64,000 bases of DNA, taken from positions 1,056,001-1,120,000 of the forward strand of contig OZ244621.1 in the NCBI GenBank assembly GCA_965218425.1, given 5' to 3'. Both the position numbers and the translations under genes were made by a program. The stretch comes from an uncultured Candidatus Binatia bacterium. Its GTDB lineage: Bacteria > Desulfobacterota > Binatia > UBA9968 > CAXXLF01. The notes beneath the pieces were generated by a model that saw only the letters and a program-made list of their open reading frames with translations, was not told the origin of the DNA and searched no databases. Below, piece after piece: positions 60,573 to 64,000 of the stretch. How positions within the stretch are numbered: position 1 is the first letter of the stretch; each line of letters begins with the position of its first letter.

Positions 60573-60890
60573 CTAGCCCAGGTCTCTTTTCTTGGCTTCA
60601 AATTCATCTTTGTCGATCTCGCCCCGGGCATAGCGTTGGCGCAAGATTCCCATCGCGGTATCAGACCGCGGTTCTTTTCCCTGACCCAGAAGCCACCGTA
60701 TACCGACTATGAGACCTACAATCAATAGTGCCCAAAACAAGATCATCATGAACATCATTCCGAATCCCCAGGCCCCCCACCACATGGGATGCATTCCCCC
60801 ACCCCATCCATCCGGACGCGGCTGAGCCAAAAGCAAACCAGGAGTCGCCCATACGACCAGCATCAAAACCATTTGCACTACCTTAGACAT
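60573..60890 (-). CDS. SHOCT-domain membrane protein
   Basis: Gly/Met-rich TM segment followed by ILRQRYARGEIDKDEFE. Confidence 0.88.
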   Translation of the reverse strand: MSKVVQMVLMLVVWATPGLLLAQPRPDGWGGGMHPMWWGAWGFGMMFMMILFWALLIVGLIVGIRWLLGQGKEPRSDTAMGILRQRYARGEIDKDEFEAKKRDLG

Positions 60891-60911
60891 TACGGCTCCA
60901 TTAAAAATTTG

Positions 60912-61063
60912 TTCGCCGCAGAGTACGCAGAGAGTTATTATTAAAAGAAATTTAACCGCAGACTTAACAGATTAACGCAGATACAATTTTTATGCCCTTC
61001 GGACATTTCTCGGCCGTTTCGGCCGAAAGCAAATCTGTATCCGTCTGCGTCCATCTGCGGCTA
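60912..61063. repeat. Family A full element with central hairpin, preceded by a CGCAGAG-type unit
   Basis: TAACCGCAGACTTAACAGATTAACGCAGAT ... TCGGCCG-TTT-CGGCCGA ... ATCTGTATCCGTCTGCGTCCATCTGCGGCTA (60953-61063). CCGCAGAGTACGCAGAG begins at 60916. Confidence 0.8.
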
Positions 61064-61084
61064 GTCACTCTTAACGCTTTGCGA

Positions 61085-62287
61085 TTAGCCTTCGTCCACC
61101 TGGACCGCCCCCGGGGGCAGCGGTAATCTCGCCAGGCCAGTTCTTGGCTTCCATTTCTTGCCGGGTAGGCCCTTTTTGATGGCATCCAGTTCACGGCGAA
61201 AAACTTTCCGCAAGAGAATGATTCCGGCGTCCGATTTCCCCAGCCGCTCCTGGGACCGGTCAACAATGGCGCCCTGACCTACTTGCGCAATGTAGTCCTG
61301 GGCGGCCACCAGTTGCACGGAATTGTGAAAGTCAAAATAGGGCGCCTCGCGAAATAGCTTCTTACTGTCGTCTGCGGGATTACACCTCGGAGACGAGGCG
61401 GCCCACTCTTCGTATTCGTTAACGGCCTCACCTCTCAGGGGAGTGCTTCGGGCACTGAACTGTGCCGTATGTTCGTTATCCACCGGGACAAAGGTGTTGA
61501 AGACATCCGTCCAGGGGTTTTCGCTCGGACGAGGACCATCCGGAGTAACGATGTGGTTGCAATTGGGCCATGAAATCTCGCTTATACGGATATTGTCCGG
61601 TGACCTTTCGGCAATCTGACGAATCCCCCACTCCGTCTCTTCGTACCTAAGCGCAGGAATATCGGTACTGACCTTACTGCCCAACGCCGTGCGCCGATGA
61701 ACGAAGCTCACATGGGCTGCGTCAAAGGAGTTTTCCAGCCTCTGCAACCAATTACATGGCCAGATGAACGAAAACGCATACTTAATCCCAAATTCCCGGT
61801 CCAATTCGGCCCTACGGGGAAAGACAGGCGGCTCACCTTCACCCATAAAAGCGAATATCAATCCGGCATACTCGTTTGCCGGATAGCTTGGGATTTTGAC
61901 TTTATCCGCAAAGCCCTCGTCTTCCGCTGGCATCTCTACACATTGACCGGTGCCGTCGTATTTCCAGCCGTGGTAAAAACAACGAATGCATTCCTCCTCG
62001 ACCCACCCGGTGTGCAAAAGAGACAGCCGGTGCGCACAACGGGCTGCAACGATATAGGGTTGACCACTGACACCCCGGAAGAGGGTCAAATCCTCGCCCA
62101 TGATTCTAATGGGCATCGCCCGGCCCGGGGATAACGACGAAGCAACCGCCACTGGTTGCCAACATCGACGCAGTAATTGACCCATCAAAGTCCCCGGTCC
62201 TGTTCGGACAAAATCATCCCATCCGTTGGATTTATGCACGCGCCTGGATCCGGATCGCAGAACCGGCGCAGGAGACCGCTGATTCAT
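61085..62287 (-). CDS. Rieske non-heme iron oxygenase alpha subunit (phthalate 4,5-dioxygenase/LigXa-like)
   Basis: GPGTLMGQLLRR.WQP, Rieske CAH...CFYH, and mononuclear site ENSFDAAHVSFVH...QD. Confidence 0.9.
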   Translation of the reverse strand: MNQRSPAPVLRSGSRRVHKSNGWDDFVRTGPGTLMGQLLRRCWQPVAVASSLSPGRAMPIRIMGEDLTLFRGVSGQPYIVAARCAHRLSLLHTGWVEEECIRCFYHGWKYDGTGQCVEMPAEDEGFADKVKIPSYPANEYAGLIFAFMGEGEPPVFPRRAELDREFGIKYAFSFIWPCNWLQRLENSFDAAHVSFVHRRTALGSKVSTDIPALRYEETEWGIRQIAERSPDNIRISEISWPNCNHIVTPDGPRPSENPWTDVFNTFVPVDNEHTAQFSARSTPLRGEAVNEYEEWAASSPRCNPADDSKKLFREAPYFDFHNSVQLVAAQDYIAQVGQGAIVDRSQERLGKSDAGIILLRKVFRRELDAIKKGLPGKKWKPRTGLARLPLPPGAVQVDEG

Positions 62288-62320
62288 AATTCATGCCTTC
62301 GAGTGGAATGACCCACCCCT

Positions 62321-63580
62321 CTACTTTTTACTGGAATAGTTCTCTACTTGCCGCCACACCCGAAAGACGTTGTCCGAGCTGATCTTGTTGATGTCGTTCT
62401 CGCCATAGCCCCGCTCAAGCAAAACACGAAATAGATTGGGATACATGGAAGCGTCTTTGAGACCTGTGGGCAGAGTGTTTCCCAGCCCGTCAAAATCGGA
62501 CCCCAGGCCCACGTGGTCTATTCCAGCCAGCTTCACCACATGGTCGATGTGGTCGGCCACTACCTCCACCGTGGAAAACTTGAATGGATGGATTTTGTCG
62601 TATTCCTTCCTAAACGCCCTTACCCTGGAGTCGCCGCGCCCGGTGATCTTGTTTATCCGTCTGAAGGCACGAATGGTGTTCCGCCGCGCCACATACTGCT
62701 GGTTGGCAAACTTTTCAATGAAACCGGAGCCAAAGTTGATCATAATCACCCCCCCTTTTTTCGCCAGGAGCTTTATTGCCTGGTCGCCCATGTTGCGATG
62801 CCAACCGGGAGTGAAGGCACGCGCGGAAGAGTGCGTTGCGAGCACTGGGGTTTGGCTCAATTCCATTATCTGATAGAAGCTTTCGTCGGACAGGTGGGAG
62901 ACGTCGATCATGATGCCGAGTCGATTCATCTCGGCTACCACCTTTTTTCCAAAAGGGCTGAGCCCCTTCCAAGTGCGGCGATCATCATATGACGAATCGC
63001 AGATTCGGTTATCTTGGGAGTGGGCCAAGGTCATATAACGCACGCCTCGACGGTAAAAGTGTTCCAGGTTGTTTAGGTCACCTTCAATGGCCGCACCGTT
63101 TTCGATGCCCATGGGTAAAGAGATCCGACCCGCGGCAAAATTTCGTTTTACGTCCGCCACGGAACGGGCTTGGGCGAATTTGTCCCGCCCCGCTTTAATC
63201 ACGCCCTCAACGAGATCAATCAAACTATCCGCTAGGGCTTTGGCCCCACCGCTCTCCTGGTACCGTGCCGGAACGTAGATGGACATGAATGGCGCATCGA
63301 GGCCGCCAGCCGCGGCGCGCGGGTAATCGAAGTCTCCCTTGTCTGTACGCTCGTTTACATTCTCAGTAATTTTTCCGTCCTTGCCCTTGGACCGGTTGAG
63401 ACGGTACGGGAGATCGACGTGGCCATCGACGATGATAAAGCGCTTCGCCAGACGTTGGGCTTTGGCATTCAAGTCCGATGAAGCGGTTTGGGCTTTTACA
63501 ACACCGAGTTCACCATTATTAAGGCCGCCGAACCCTACTAGGGCGAATACAACGAAAATTACTATGATGACTCTATGCAT
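62321..63580 (-). CDS. Membrane dipeptidase (peptidase M19) with signal peptide
   Basis: DGHVD, GIENG, DVSH, ATHSS and GLGSDFDG motifs. Confidence 0.93.
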   Translation of the reverse strand: MHRVIIVIFVVFALVGFGGLNNGELGVVKAQTASSDLNAKAQRLAKRFIIVDGHVDLPYRLNRSKGKDGKITENVNERTDKGDFDYPRAAAGGLDAPFMSIYVPARYQESGGAKALADSLIDLVEGVIKAGRDKFAQARSVADVKRNFAAGRISLPMGIENGAAIEGDLNNLEHFYRRGVRYMTLAHSQDNRICDSSYDDRRTWKGLSPFGKKVVAEMNRLGIMIDVSHLSDESFYQIMELSQTPVLATHSSARAFTPGWHRNMGDQAIKLLAKKGGVIMINFGSGFIEKFANQQYVARRNTIRAFRRINKITGRGDSRVRAFRKEYDKIHPFKFSTVEVVADHIDHVVKLAGIDHVGLGSDFDGLGNTLPTGLKDASMYPNLFRVLLERGYGENDINKISSDNVFRVWRQVENYSSKK

Positions 63581-63690
63581 GGAGGCTCCTCTGAGCCAGC
63601 AATTTGCAGGCGTTTGAAGACGCTGACCGCGACGGATAATGGGGCAGCCTATACGACGAAGAAATGACCTGTCAAGCCAATTGGAAAACA

Positions 63691-63755
63691 GCAATGAGCA
63701 AGGCGCAAGGCATAAGACCCATTAACCGCAGATTTACGCAGACCGACGCAGATAA
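63691..63755. repeat. Heptamer run (GCAATGA GCAAGGC GCAAGGC) followed by a family A left arm
   Basis: TAACCGCAGATTTACGCAGACCGACGCAGAT (63723-63753). Confidence 0.75.
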
Positions 63756-63891
63756 TAGTTTATTCACCGCAATTCTATAGGTCCTTAGGCTCGCCCATTT
63801 GGTCGAGACGCTCGACCTTTTCGACGACCCACCCCACGTAAAATTCAAGGAAACTCCAGAAATTCCAAGTCTTTCCAAACACGATAGCCTT

Positions 63892-63907
63892 TGGCACGTA
63901 GTGTGCT
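63892..63907 (+). promoter_or_regulatory. Candidate sigma54 (-24/-12) promoter
   Basis: TGGCACGTAGTGTGCT gives GG-N10-GC spacing. Confidence 0.5.
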
Positions 63908-63944
63908 CTACCGTCACTCACACTGCCGAAAAGGAGGAGCATGG

Positions 63945-64000
63945 ATGAAAGTCACCGAAGAGCGGGCCAAGGAATTGGCTGATGAGTTTGCTGAACAGTA
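63945..64000 (+). CDS. 5' end of unknown protein (partial)
   Basis: SD AGGAGG then MKVTEERAKELADEFAEQ, open to the window end. Confidence 0.55.
   Translation, partial: MKVTEERAKELADEFAEQ

Overview
A 64-kb bacterial chromosomal window of moderately high GC, dominated by accessory catabolic and transport genes. It holds four paralogous bicupins, three luciferase-like monooxygenases, three amidohydrolase_2 proteins, two MetE-like Zn enzymes, an atypical UbiD with a translationally coupled Zn-ribbon partner, a class II aldolase, a Rieske oxygenase, a KstD-like flavoprotein, ABC permeases and binding proteins with no ATPase, and MFS transporters. A few housekeeping genes are interspersed (class I fumarase, yajQ, rlmD-like, asnS, mltD-like). 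This gene mix resembles uncultured Deltaproteobacteria/Binatota-type genomes, which is an inference only. Mobile and decayed DNA comprises two IS3-family copies with 3-bp target duplications, an IS200 tnpA with a stop at its catalytic Tyr, two TA modules and several pseudogenes. One TA module is intact and bracketed by a 97-bp duplicated gene 3' end; the other is frameshifted. The most striking non-coding signal is a set of dispersed intergenic elements built from short periodic units (10-mer CGCAGAT-type and 7-mer types), arranged as inverted arms and nested within one another. No rRNA, tRNA or CRISPR array was recognised. All calls come from reading the sequence by eye; no database searches were run.
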